Shown: piece after piece, positions 38,341 to 51,001 of the stretch
How positions within the stretch are numbered: the stretch's first letter is position 1
How the letters are laid out: every line of letters starts with the position of its first letter
From: Hyphochytrium catenoides
Lineage: Eukaryota; Protista; Hyphochytriomycota
Direction of reading: 5' to 3'
Assembly (NCBI GenBank): GCA_900088475.1
Contig: FLMG01000265.1
Location: 62,001-126,000, forward strand
DNA: 64,000 nt
Notes under the pieces: generated by a model
Told to the model about the DNA's origin: nothing
Databases searched by the model: none
What the model saw: only the letters and a program-made list of their open reading frames with translations
Made by a program: the position numbers and the translations under genes

Positions 38341-40488
38341 ATGGCAACACCAAGCTCACTGTCTCAGTCAGCCCAAACAGCTGGGGCGCTGCCTTCTGAA
38401 GTGCCGATTCCAGGAGGTGGTGACAACCCAGCTACATTCATAACTGATATGCCTGGCCAAGATATCTCAGGTCCTGTCTCTCAACGCATGGCACCGACTT
38501 TGTCAGCAGATACTCTGGCGTTGGATTCCGATCTCGCTCACAGCGCTTTCTTCTCATCGGCTATCAATAATGTTCATTCAGAGGATGATGGAGATTTGTC
38601 TGACCGACAAGATGGCGCCGTTGATGGCCTCGTTGATGGCACCGTTGATAATGGGCTTCCCATAGCCGAAGAGATCAACGTCTTGGAGGCAGCAGCCATA
38701 CCGCTAGCTGGTCCATCTGAAGAACAGCAGGAGCCTTCCTCTATGCTCTCAGAATCCACCGTAGTTGTCCAAAATACTGATGTTCTGGTCACTGGCGAAC
38801 CTGAGACTGGTGAGGGCGGGAGGGACGGAATTCCCCACAGTGTGCATCTCAGCATGGCTAAAGACGCTGTCAACATTGGAAACTCTATGGTAAGCTTTGG
38901 CTTCCATCTCGCACGTCTTGGAACGGTCCTGGGTTTTGGTATAGCGCGGACTGTTCTTCAAGCTCCCGGAGCAGCCGCCCGATATTTGGAGGTAGACTCA
39001 CCGCTGAATCCAGTTACTGCAGCGCTTGCGACTGCAGATATGGCTGTTGGGTCTGCTCAATTGATTACGTCTAGCAGCTTGGGCGCATCTGAGTTTTTTG
39101 CCAAGGGAGCCCTGTCTGTGACTGACCAGGCTCTAGGCGCTGTGGGTGTGGAGGATGGCGAGCTCTATAGAACGATTGGACGGTACATGGCTGATTCCGA
39201 GACTGTTGATGCCGGAGTTCTTGTCATGGGGATCGTCTCGAAATTCCTGTCAAAGGCCAAGAGGCCCGCCTTCCCAGTCCTGCAGCGCAGTATTACCGCC
39301 TTTTCCTACCTTCAACATTACAGTATGAGGCCTCCGCCTGACAATGCCGCAACCTTCAATGAAGTGGAGGAAGCAAGCGATATTTCACGGGATGTTAGAA
39401 GGTATCATAATTTCGTACTGGCGGCGGCTGGTATACCTTCCCTTCGCTTGCAGGGCCTTCTTCCTTCAGATATAACTCTTGCTTCGGAGGAAGACTGCAT
39501 TGAGTATTTCACCGGCCTAAAGGATGAAGATATTATTTGCAAGGACTGGAGCAGCATCGTCTACCGTCCAGGGTTCTACATGGCTCTTGACCACCAGACC
39601 TCTTCGATAGTGCTGGTTTTCCGTGGTACTTCCAATGCGCATGATCTATTAACTGATTTGACGTGCGAATCAACAACCTGGTACTGCGACGGGGAGCTTG
39701 CTACAATTCATGAGGGATTTGCACGGACTCTCGACAAGCTGGAGCCAATCCTTACCCCTCTGATTGAGGAAGCTCTTCACAAGCATCCTACCTATAGACT
39801 GGTCTGCACAGGATATAGCCTTGGAGGAGCTGTTGCCAGCCTATTGACCGCCTACTGGTCTAAGAAGCATCCGACTATCCGCGGCTATGCGTTTGCGTCA
39901 CCTTGCATAGCTGAGGAGGCTTTTGCAAGGAGTATGAGCCCCTTTGTGAAGTCGATAATCGCCGGCAACGATGTCTTCGCTCGGCTTTGTCTTACGGCGT
40001 GTGAAGATTTGAGGGATATACTAATGGATTTGGCTGGGGATGACGAGCTACTGGGTGAGGTTGAAGGCTTACTAGAGAGATACCATGTACTTCAAGCACA
40101 ATTGCGAAAGCTAGAGGACAGAAAGAGGAGGACCTCATCAGCGAGGGGAGGTGGTCTTCACTGCACTAGGCAAGATGTCGACACACCTACGGCTAGTAGT
40201 GAACCTGGAAGTTGTAGAAATGAAGAGCGAGAGGGGGAGGAGGAGGAACTACGAGACGCAATGAATCAGAGCCAAGCTCAATTGTCCAACATCTATGGGC
40301 ATTTAACAGCGAGGCACACCCGCTTACAAGACAAGCTCTTTCCCATGGGGACCTTGCTTTATTTGACTGAGGAAGGCAAACTCTGGGAGGTGGATTCCTC
40401 TTACTTCAGCCAGATTGTCCTAGCCAAGGACATGCTAACGTCTCATATGAGCTACACCTACCACCGTCGTCTGCAGGCTATTCTCTAG
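38341..40488 (+). CDS. Class 3 lipase (DAG-lipase-like), intronless, 715 aa
   Basis: IVLVFRGT.N.HDLLTDL, IHEGF, nucleophile elbow LVCTGYSLGGAVASLL, YAFASP, GNDVFARL, C-terminal LTSHM (catalytic His). Confidence 0.9.
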   Translation: MATPSSLSQSAQTAGALPSEVPIPGGGDNPATFITDMPGQDISGPVSQRMAPTLSADTLALDSDLAHSAFFSSAINNVHSEDDGDLSDRQDGAVDGLVDGTVDNGLPIAEEINVLEAAAIPLAGPSEEQQEPSSMLSESTVVVQNTDVLVTGEPETGEGGRDGIPHSVHLSMAKDAVNIGNSMVSFGFHLARLGTVLGFGIARTVLQAPGAAARYLEVDSPLNPVTAALATADMAVGSAQLITSSSLGASEFFAKGALSVTDQALGAVGVEDGELYRTIGRYMADSETVDAGVLVMGIVSKFLSKAKRPAFPVLQRSITAFSYLQHYSMRPPPDNAATFNEVEEASDISRDVRRYHNFVLAAAGIPSLRLQGLLPSDITLASEEDCIEYFTGLKDEDIICKDWSSIVYRPGFYMALDHQTSSIVLVFRGTSNAHDLLTDLTCESTTWYCDGELATIHEGFARTLDKLEPILTPLIEEALHKHPTYRLVCTGYSLGGAVASLLTAYWSKKHPTIRGYAFASPCIAEEAFARSMSPFVKSIIAGNDVFARLCLTACEDLRDILMDLAGDDELLGEVEGLLERYHVLQAQLRKLEDRKRRTSSARGGGLHCTRQDVDTPTASSEPGSCRNEEREGEEEELRDAMNQSQAQLSNIYGHLTARHTRLQDKLFPMGTLLYLTEEGKLWEVDSSYFSQIVLAKDMLTSHMSYTYHRRLQAIL

Positions 40489-42901
40489 GTTTACTTGGCT
40501 ACTCTCAGGAAGGTTGCCCGTAAGTCATCAACAGAAGTCCATGATGGTAAACAAGAGGACAATTAGAGCTCTTTGTCAGGCAGGCAGTAAGCAATCACGT
40601 CGTCCTTCGACAAACTACTAGGTGGTTAGGATCTAATAGCCCTTCCTCATCCTCGTCTTCACCTCTCAGTCAGACCAAGGAAAGTCTTATAATATAGTCT
40701 TCTAAAAAAATCTAAGGATGATCAGCGGCCTTCCGGCTCCTCCGCGTTGTGCCACATCACACTTAGTAGTGTAGTAGCTGTTATCAAGCGCAGCCTAAGA
40801 CGGCGATGTGGCAGAAGGAAGATGAGTCGATGAATATAACACATACTGGCTTTCGTAAGCTAAGGACATAGTCGGCCGCCTAGCTATTCTTATAATGCCA
40901 GCAAGATTGAAGTATCTTGACTACTATCTTCAGAGAATCGTTCCTTCTTGCCGATCTTGATGAGGGAGAAGGCAGAAACTCTATCCGTAATGGTACGGAA
41001 AGAAGAACGAAAGCAATCATGACGAATCTTCTAAAGCCTTTAGGCATATTCATTCAACCCCAGTCGCTCACTTTCGAGGCATCCCCACACCAAGAAGAGC
41101 CAATAATGACAGATGAAAGTACGTTCTCGAGTTCAACAAGGATGTCCATACGATCAGTTCACTTGTTGGGTCACTTCAAAATTACGGAGTACTTGTTAAC
41201 GACGGTTGGGCCATAGAACTCTTTAAACAAGAGGACGATTGGTGATCACCACCATCTTTTTCAAATAATAAACGACAGCCATCGTGCTCTTGAATGGCCA
41301 ACCACCATAGGATTATGGTAGTAGAGACTCTCCTCCAAGACAGGCCCCACGAGTCAGCAGGTCTTCAAGAGATTCTAACAAGCTCAACTTGCTGCAGAGC
41401 GAGAGAAAAGAAAGTTTGAGGATTCTTCTCATCAGCCCGGTCGGATTGTAAGGTAACCAAAGTGGCACATAAGCGAGGGTTCCGCAAGCCCTCAACTCTC
41501 ACTCGGCCAGGCGTAGAGCAGTCTGCAGGTCCTACTTTCCCGGAAAACCACCACGATCTGTGATGTCTCTTGTGTACAGGAGTACAGCTGTTGAACCTAT
41601 AGCTCCGCGTTGCCCAAAGAAGAACGATGAAACTGGTACGAGTAGCCGCCCATTATTTGTTGACGTTTCCCTAATCTTCAGAGTGGTACTTGTAGTAGAT
41701 TCCTGCTTGATAGAGGGTGATTCTTGTCGGCAGGCCAATGGTTCCCAGAGTTCCGTCAGCTGGCCCCACAATCTTGAAACCAAAAGCCTTTACTTGTGCA
41801 AGGAGCGTATACATTACGAAGCTTTCATTATAGAAAAAATAAAGTTGAATTGTTAGTCGGGGATCTAGTTGATGAAAGGGATAAATTCAAACACGAATAA
41901 TTCATGAATTCCCCGTCAGTGGGTACTCTGGTGCTTGATTGAGTAACCAAAGAACTTGAAAATCGCCTAATGGAGTGGAGAGAGTGATTCAGGATAAGGA
42001 GTAGTGAAATTGGTATAATACTGAAGAAAGCCTCATTTCCTGCCGAATCTGCTGCCTTGGAAACGCCCTCTCCAAATATCTCTTAATGTGTTCAGACAGG
42101 TGATTGTCTATGAGGGGTTTGAGGGTCTTTCTCCTTTTATAAACAGGTCAACCAATAATGAGACAGCCGATCGGTCATCGTCCCGCCAATGAACGCTGTA
42201 GAACAATCCCTTCCTGATTATCTTGGAATAATGCACGGTTCATCCTGCTTTTAGTGGGCAGAAACCTCGTCCCTCCCTTCGCTTATGCACCTGCTCTGCC
42301 GGCACCTAATCTAACACTTTCGGTGCGTCAGTTCTATGACTGTGGTGGTAGATAAGCCTTCTGGTGAGGGAATGAACAAGCACTCTCACGCAACTTGTAC
42401 CCCCCTTCCCTGTTTTCTCACCCGTACTACTGTGCTGTAGGTAAGAGGGGTTGCGTCCCTCCGGCTGCGGAGAGCCAAACACACATTAACAGCGGCTGTC
42501 AATGATTGGCAATATCTGTTCTTGCAGAACAGCCGTGCTCGCTCGCTGTGTGCAGAGGCTCAATCATCACATTTTTGATCTCTTCATCGGCTTTTGCCGC
42601 AGCTCTCCGTACCGCTAGTTTTGGAGACTGTGCTTATCGTTAAGAGCCAACCTCTTATAGAGTGGCGCTTTTTGGAGACTCCTTCTATACTTTAGGCGAA
42701 TTCTATTGATTCGGGGTTGTGAACTTGTATCAGAAAGTGAGCTCACTAGCGATTGCTTGCACAATGTCGTAGACAGAAAATTTATTGGTGTCAATTTTGA
42801 GTCAACCTATTGTAGGTTGGGGTGGCTTTGAGAAGCCAACACAGGAGCTATATTTAACTTTTTGGAATCGAGAGCTAATCACTGCATTGTAGACTGGCAA
42901 C

Positions 42902-45430
42902 ATGCTAGCCAACCTCTACATTCCGAATGCAGGAGAGCCTTGCAGTGTCCTTGAGTGGAAGGATGCACACAACGGCGATTTTCCGTCAATTGCCCGTGAT
43001 GAAGGAAGTGTCGGCTTACGCCGACAGAGAGCCGTGTCACCGAAGACGATGATAGCAGGTATTGAAAGACAGTAATCAAGGTTGCCTATTCTTCTTGACC
43101 TAACGGAGTCGCTCTCGTGCTACAGATTTAGCAGCGCAAATGTACAGCGTTGACTCTATCAGCGACATTTCTCTGAAGTCCTTACGGGTTTTGTCATCTG
43201 CGTGTCCTGAGGTCGAGCTGATGATGATCTTTGTGTTGCAACATGGGCAGCATGTGTACTTTCAGGGCTCATCCCTGGATTCTAGCATAGAAGTTCCAAA
43301 TGGACTCAAACCAATATCGGAGTTGCCACTGATCCAAGGTGCGATAGCTGAACACAAGCTATTGTCAGTGGAGGACCTAAGCGCTCAAACCGAGGCCGAG
43401 TTAGGACTGTTTGGCCCATCATACTCGTCGGGAATCTCAAGTCTAGTTCTGATTCCATTTACTCTTTGCGAAAATGCCCCTACCGGAGCCCTGGTCGTTG
43501 GTAGAAAGTCAAAAATGCCCCTATCGGAAGAAGGCAAGGCGCTGCTGGGCCAAACTGCATCTATTGTGGGGGGCCATGTATCTATGGTCATGAAGCTGAT
43601 ATTTGCACAAAATCGCCTGCTTGCCTGCCAGATGCAGGCGCAACAGTCGGCTGTACTTCGGGAACTTTCTAACGCTCTAGCTGATGAGTGTGAGTCAGCG
43701 AAGATCATTCAGGTTATGGCTAAGTACGCCTTACACCTCTGGAGCAGTGAAGCCTCGCTGACGTTTTTGATGAGCAACGATTCTGATATGGAGAATTTCT
43801 CGGTGATCAGATTCACGGAGAAGGGAGTCATGGCGGGAAGCAGGACGCTGCGGAGAGACGAGATCCCGAGACAGCACAGGCTGGTGGCAAACAGCATAGA
43901 GTATGTAGATCTCCGGAGCCTACCCGGGGCGAGGCCGTTTCTTGAAGTGGCGTACGGCACTAGTGAAGTGGTCGGATTGGCGCTTCAACCGGTTTACAAG
44001 GACGGAGTGTTTCTGGGAGTTCTGTGCCTCTTTCAGCAGACGGGTAGCGCAGTGCTTCGACAGGAAGACTTTGAGGTCATGGGCGAAGTAGCTTCTATGC
44101 TGGCGTCCTCTTTGGCACGAGCCCGGAAGTTTGAGGCTCTGCTGCAGGATAGAAATAGGGCAGAGTCTGCAACTCGAGCCAAGAATCTGTTTGTTTCGCA
44201 TATGAGCCATGAAATGAGGGTAAGTATAGCCTATATGGTGCAATCTCGGTTGCTGTCCTACCATGCTGACGATGACTTTTACTACAGACACCACTAAATG
44301 CCATCGTAGGCATGTCAAGCTTGCTAGCTGAGACAAAACTGGACAGTCGGCAGAGGGATTACCTGAAGTCTCTGCAAAACAGCTCTAGCATGCTGCTAGC
44401 TCTAGTCAATGATACTTTGGATTTTGGGAAGATTGAGGCGGGCTTTTTGAGCCTGGAGAGGGCTCCATTCAATATTCGGGCCTGTGTACAGTCTGCATTG
44501 GATGTCATCTCGAATATGGCGGCGAAGAAAAATCTTAAGCTGGTTGCAGATATAGACAACAATGTTTCTGAGCTCGTTCTGGGCGATTTCAACCGCGTAA
44601 GACAGATTTTGCTGAACCTTCTCTCCAACGCCGTAAAGTTCACCCATCAAGGAGCGGTTCGCCTCCTCGTACAGAGGCACATCATTGATCACACCGCGGT
44701 ACTTAAGTTTGCTGTGGAGGATACTGGAGTCGGGATCGAGGCCTCTGATATGGATTGGGTCTTTGAGCCATATCAGCAAGTGGGCAAGGAGTGGAATTCT
44801 CGCCGCGATGGCACCGGTTTGGGGCTTCAAATTTGCAAACGATTGACCGAGGCAATGGGCGGTGAGATTTGGCTAGAAAGCGCTGTGGAAAAAGGCTCAA
44901 CGTTCCATTTTGTGCTGGACTTGCCGGCTGTGACGGAAAGGGAGTGTCAAAAGCCTCATGCCGACATTGAGGCTCGACAAACCAGTCCTGGACAGTGTTC
45001 TACTTTTTCGAGAAGGACTCCTCCAGCTCTTTTAAATGAAGACCGGAGCAAGCCAAGAGTGCTTTCAGTACTTGTTGCTGAAGACGATGCCGTCAATCAG
45101 AAGCTGATACGACGCTATTTGGAAAAGTTGGGCTATGCTGCGGTCATTGTCAACAACGGAGAAGAGGTTTTACAGCGTCTACAGACGGGACATTTTGACG
45201 TTGTTTTGATGGACTTGTTCATGCCAGTGATGACAGGCTTTGAGGCGATCAAGGTCCTTCGAGAAGCAGAGAGCAAGGCACACTTTCCAAGGAGACAGGT
45301 TGTCATTGCGGTCACTGCAAGCGTTGATTCTGAGAGCATCCGCCTTCTAGATCTTGGGTTTGATGACGTGATTGCCAAGCCCTTCTCTCTCGAGCACCTG
45401 ATGGCGAAGCTTCAGTCGGTTGCTCTATGA
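42902..45430 (+). CDS. Soluble hybrid histidine kinase GAF-GAF-HisKA-HATPase-REC, 3 exons
   Basis: H-box SHMSHEMR|TPLNAIVGM split by intron 44220-44287. N box QILLNLLSNAVKFT, G1 VEDTGVGI, G2 GTGLGLQIC, REC VAEDDAVN...LMDLFMP...VTA...KPF. Two GAF-like units. An upstream exon from ATG 42902 splices in frame through an intron at about 43059-43125. Confidence 0.95.
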
Positions 45431-45508
45431 CTGCCGGACGCCTTTCAACATTCTCAAACGTCTCGCTGTCTTTTCTTTTCTACTTCCCACTTTTTTGAAC
45501 CCCAATTT

Positions 45509-45669
45509 NNNNNNNNNNNNNNNNNNNNNNNNNNNNNNNNNNNNNNNNNNNNNNNNNNNNNNNNNNNNNNNNNNNNNNNNNNNNNNNNNNNNNNNNNNNN
45601 NNNNNNNNNNNNNNNNNNNNNNNNNNNNNNNNNNNNNNNNNNNNNNNNNNNNNNNNNNNNNNNNNNNNN
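45509..45669. other. Assembly gap (161 N)
   Basis: Run of n between the convergent histidine kinase and myosin 3' ends. Confidence 1.
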
Positions 45670-45863
45670 GAGAAAGCCAGCAAGGACTCCGATACACGAT
45701 AGAGTCGCCGCAGAAAATGCATGGACAGGACGGTAAAGGTCAAAGTCATCAACTCCAGCATTGTTGCTCACGCACGTAAAGCCTTTACTGCCTTGGTCTC
45801 AACGGCAGTGACCAGAGTTTAGTTGACGGTTTGCACAGCAAGGTATTGACAGAGAGAGTGCCC

Positions 45864-48800
45864 TCAAGCGGAGACCACGACGCCTGTTTGCCGCTGGTCA
45901 TTAGAGGTTGTTGAACTCCTTGAGGAAGCGGTGCGGCGGGTGGACTTCTTCACTAGTACCTTGAGCATCATCTCCTTCCCTGTGCTCCTTGTGTGGACCA
46001 CAACATTTGCCTCATCTTTGATGCGGAGAAGAGGGACAATGATTTGGACAAATCCGGATAGAGTCTCCTTGGTGAGCTCCGGGATGAGCACTGCCCTGGG
46101 TAAGTCCAATTCCCGAAAGTTCCGACCGTTGATGGCGCATTCAAGCCATTTCAGAAGCTTCATGGCCCGTTCCTTGTCGCCGCGAGCCCAGTCTTGCACG
46201 AGTCTTTTAGCATCTCGAGGTATGACGAAGTGACCCCCCTTCACCACCAAGTCCTCTGCGGTCGCGGTGAAGGGGATCGCCTTCATCTCCACCCACCCAG
46301 AGTCCACCTCTCCCTCACATTTCAACGCTCCTGAGCAGAATTCAGCGGATGCGTCAACACTTGTGTCCTTATCAGAGAGCAATGGTGAAGGATGGGAAGG
46401 ACTCCTGCCTTTCCCCCCATGTAAGAGATCACTAGATGTTAAGCAAAGCGAAGCCGAAAGAGCCGGGTTACCATTAGGTACTTGTGCGGGCGTAACGGCT
46501 TGGACTTGGGGGCAAGAAGTTCGAGAATTGGACTGCTGAATCGTCAATGCTAGCTGGGGATCATGATGGGTCTCCTCGACCGTCGCAAGGGGAATGGTAA
46601 TGCTCTGCTTGGAGTCCAGGTGGCTGGCTACGGCATTCAGAGGTGTGACGGACGGAGCCTCGATGCCATAAGTATGGCTCTTTCGCAAAAGGTCAATATT
46701 TTCCATTTGGAGCCTTTGATTCTCGTCCAGAAGGGTCCGCGTGAGCTTCTGAAGATTAGAGATTATGGAGACCATCGATTCCAGTTCCCGCTTGTCCCTA
46801 TGAGAGTTTTGGTGGCTTCCAGGAAGAGTTGTGATCTCGCACTTGTCTGCCACATTAGGATTGCTGGCTATCGCAGGAGCTGAGCTGGGTACACCTTTGG
46901 GCGTAACCTCCGACGTGGGTCTGCAATGCTCCGGAGATTTAATAATGCTGTTTCTTCTCCCACTAGCCGATGTCGTGGAAGCCTCCGGACTCCCACCTGT
47001 AGGAATGTAGAGCAGGGGCGCATACGGTGTAGGTGGCTGTGGCTGAACTGCTGCTATTTCTCGGGGACTCTGGGGGCTTAAAGTATCGACGCTCACAACA
47101 GAGCCTTCAAGTCTGAGAGTGGAAGCCTGCCACGTCTCCAGCTTTGCTAGCCAGGTCTCCACGCCTCTAATCGCTGTCTCGTCAAGCGGAGCAACGCAAT
47201 GACAGGCTTTGCATTTGGAATTCGTGAGCTCTTGCAAAAGTGTTTGCCGGTATTCAAAGTCAATGAGTTGAGGTTCGGAATGCCGCTGAAGCGTCATCTC
47301 CAAAGCTGAACGCTTGGCAGACTCCTCTTGCAGAAGTTGCACCAGCCTATCGACTTGGTTGCTAAGAGAAGCATCATTCTTAAGAGCCTGGAGAGGTGAA
47401 ACCTTTGAGTCTAACATGATCACCCCTTAAGCACTAATGAAGCCCTACCAGGAAGTGTATCTTGCTTCTTTGCATCCGGAACAATGATTGAATGACAATA
47501 GCTGAGCGCCTAATGGAAAGAAAAGCGGAGCGCAACCGTAGGCAACGCCACCAGGCTGCTAGCTGCGAGGCAGCACGAAATCTCTTCCTATCCTTTAATC
47601 TCTTCCTGAAGCAGTAGAGGCGAAACATTCGCTGCAGCTGATAGGCTACGCGCATCATAGCTGTGTGGAGGGCCAGTGTCTTAGTCGAAGGCAGAGAAAA
47701 CAGCGATAAGGTGAGTATATCAACATACCTAAAAGCTTCCGTCGCTCCTGTCTTGCTCTCTTCAGGGCCTGGATCTTGACCACAGCGAAACGTACGGTTT
47801 GGTACTTCCTTGACTGATAGCAACTTCGATACCAGGCTTGCAACCTCACCGCGACTGTCAGCAGTCGTTGCAATCTCTGCTTTTCCAAGTGCTCGTATGT
47901 ATCCTATCACCGTGAAGGTCAGAGATTAGAGGCGCTTTGTAAAGACCCTCGGCTTCACCATAACCTACTCTTGCGAGGAACACTTTTGTACGGCCCACGG
48001 CAAATGCTTTCTCAACATCCTGTTTCCGCCATCCAAATCTTTTCCGAAGAATGTCTCCCACTGTCACTCTCTTCCCTTCATTCTGGCATTCAGCATTAGC
48101 CAAAACGAGGAAAGCGTACCGCTTCAGAAATAGCTACAGCACCGTTTAGGAATGATGTTAGGTGACGGAAATTTTTTGAACCAGCATAGCACTTACCTGA
48201 ATCGGGATGCGGTTCGGGAAAGAAGCACGCGCTATTCTGACAGCCTCAATTACACCAGCACAGCGCAGCTGGTCCAGGACCAGCTTTCTGTCATAAAGCC
48301 CAGCACTCTTTGCGTTATTGGGCTTGACGCATCGGACATATTTCACGTTTGTCGATTGGATCATATTCATAAGACTTGATAACTGCTCTTTGAAGAGCCC
48401 ACTGACTGACTGCCCTAGCAGAGATGATGATCGTCGGACGCCAGAATCTCCCTGAGTCTTGAGATGCTGACTACTGGCAGTCCCAGTGCCATCAAACAAA
48501 TCCTGTCTCATAAAGTCAGCACGAGGACCGTCGAGCTGATTGATTAGAGTGCAAGCGCACCTGGACGAACCGAGATTTGCTGGACTGCAGTGCGGCCTTG
48601 AGGTCTGGCGCTACGAAGTCTCTGTTCTTTTCTACAAAGCCTGCGGTGTCATACCTCACAGGACACGCATAGTGATTGATCCCAAAGCATGACGAGAGGA
48701 TCCTCTCCTTCCAGAGGAGCGAGGAGTTTTCTATGAGACAGTAAGCATTAGAGTTTCCCATTAATCAGGGCTGCAACGCTGAGCACGTACTATGTATTTG

Positions 48801-51001
48801 CAAAATCTTGTTTAGAAAACCATAGTCAGAGCCCTGAGGCCGCACAACTTCCTCATCAAGCATCTCTAGTAAACCCATCCTCCCCTCAATAAGATCAAGG
48901 GTAGGCTGATTGTCCTCAAAGCTTATAGCTGCGATAGGGATACCTGCAAAGTACGGAGCCGTCGACGTCAGTGTGACTAAGATCAAGATGCTCCTTGCGC
49001 TTACTTGCTCCTTACCTTCTGCTTTATACTCTGCCAGGACTGTTTTAAAAATGTCCTGTGTAAACTTCTGTTGCAGACGTTCGTTGGCGTAATTAATGCA
49101 GAATTGCTCCAGAGAGTTATTCTCAAAGCTTTCAAAGCCGAAGATGTCCAGAAGGCCGATTGTATTCTCTTGCTTTGTAGGGCTAATTGTAGAGGCATTG
49201 ATCCGGTCGACGATATTGTTGAAAAGACCCACATAGATTCCCTTGGCAAGCGCGTCCCTTCCCCCTTTCGCCTGACAAGTACCATATGAGTGTGCAGTTA
49301 CAGCTCATCGTGACATTGTGTCTTCATCATTGCTAGCTGTCCCCTCTAACCACCCCTACCTGCCTACCTGTTCCACAGTTAATGGCTTCGAGTACACCTC
49401 GTTGCCAACGCTTATCTTCCTTGAACAGATGCTGTCTTCTAAAACGTCCGGTGAAATGCGCAAGAGATTGCTAGTCATCTTCATACTGTGGACTGAAATA
49501 ATCTTATAAGGCGATAACGCTGTTAGATGAGGGTAATACGTGCGGCACCATGTAGAGAGCTGATTTATACCTTGGAATCCTCACCATGTGCTGTGGCAGT
49601 GTCAAAAACGAGCTGGCCTAAATACAAAATGCCTGCAAGGGTTGAAAACAGTTCGTGTTGATCCTGCTCCGAGAGCCCAATGGTCGCCAGCGCGTCCAGC
49701 GTGATCGCAAACTTTTCACTATCAGGTAGGCCTATAAACGAGGGGAAAGTGGTTAACTTCATTGTGAGTTAAACTGCAGCATCTCGGGGCATATGGTGCG
49801 TACCATCGATCTGCATAAAGCTGCCTCTCGAAACATAATTAAAGTATGACAAGGGTTCTTCAACATCAAGATAAAGTTTCTCCTTCAAGGCTTGAGATGC
49901 TGATAGGAGCTGATAAAAGATATGAAAATTTCTTTCTCCTTTGGCCTGCGACACTACACGGCTCTTCTCAAGCAAGTATGTCTCACAAATTGCCCCCACT
50001 AGATGACCTGTCGCAGAAAATTGGAGCTAGAATTGATGGTGAAGTTGAAGCACTGCAGAGCTAAACACCAAGACGAACGGCATTGTGGTACCTTGCAGAA
50101 TTTGCCGAACCTGCTGCTGTTATCATTTCTCACTGTCTTGGCATTCCCGAAGGCCTCAAGCAGAGGGTTTGACTTCAATACCTAAGGCGACCATGCATTG
50201 CACTCAGCGGGACCAAACGTTCGAATTTGGCAACAGTAAGGCTGATAGTTTACCTTAGGGACCACGGATCCGTTGGCGTTAGCTCTGTCTGCAATATTGG
50301 CCAAGTGGTTCATCAGGATTTTGACCGTTTCTGTCTTCCCTGCACCTGACTCGCCACTCACTAAAATACTCTGGGGTAAAGAAAGCTCTTTCATCTCGGA
50401 ATATGCTGATGCAGAGAGTGCATACGGATGTGGGGGAAGGTCTTTCCATCGTTTCTGGATATAGAGGCATTGCATATACTGTAAATGCGTAATAAGAGCT
50501 TTAGTTGATCATAGCTAATCGACAGACAAATAAGTACAGTCAGTACCTCGCCGTAGAGGTCAAGCCATTCATATGGATTGATCGCGATGCAGATATCTCC
50601 GGTGTAAGTGTACGGAATGCGCTTGGTGAACCTCACTTGAAGGTTGTGGATGATCGCGGCTTCATGCAGGTGTTGGAGGGAGCACATGTCGTCTGCGCCG
50701 CAATCGCCCAGCTCATCTCTGCTTGGAAGGTTGCTGAGCTCGTGGAGCGGCTGTTCTCCTTTAGCATGCCCTGTAAGCAGTCATCTCTGAGGGTCACACT
50801 ACTACTAGGCCAGGGTTTGAGAAGCTTACCAACAGCCTGGCGCTGGCACCCAACTTTGACCTCAACAACTTTCTGGGACCTCTCAAGCTGCACTTCAGCC
50901 CTTCCTTCTGGCAGGTAGCGGAGCAAGGTGGCTTCCACCCATATCTCGTCTGGATCGGGGACCCACACAGGAGTGGCGAGCCCCTTTGCCTCATTTTCCA
51001 T
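45864..51001 (-). CDS. Unconventional myosin heavy chain: SH3-like N-terminus, motor, 5 IQ motifs, short coiled coils, unassigned C-terminal domain
   Basis: P-loop [87 protein letters not shown] motifs LQAWYR, IQALKR, LQRMFR, LAAWWR, IQSLFR. About 14 GT-AG introns keep the frame. Confidence 0.96.
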
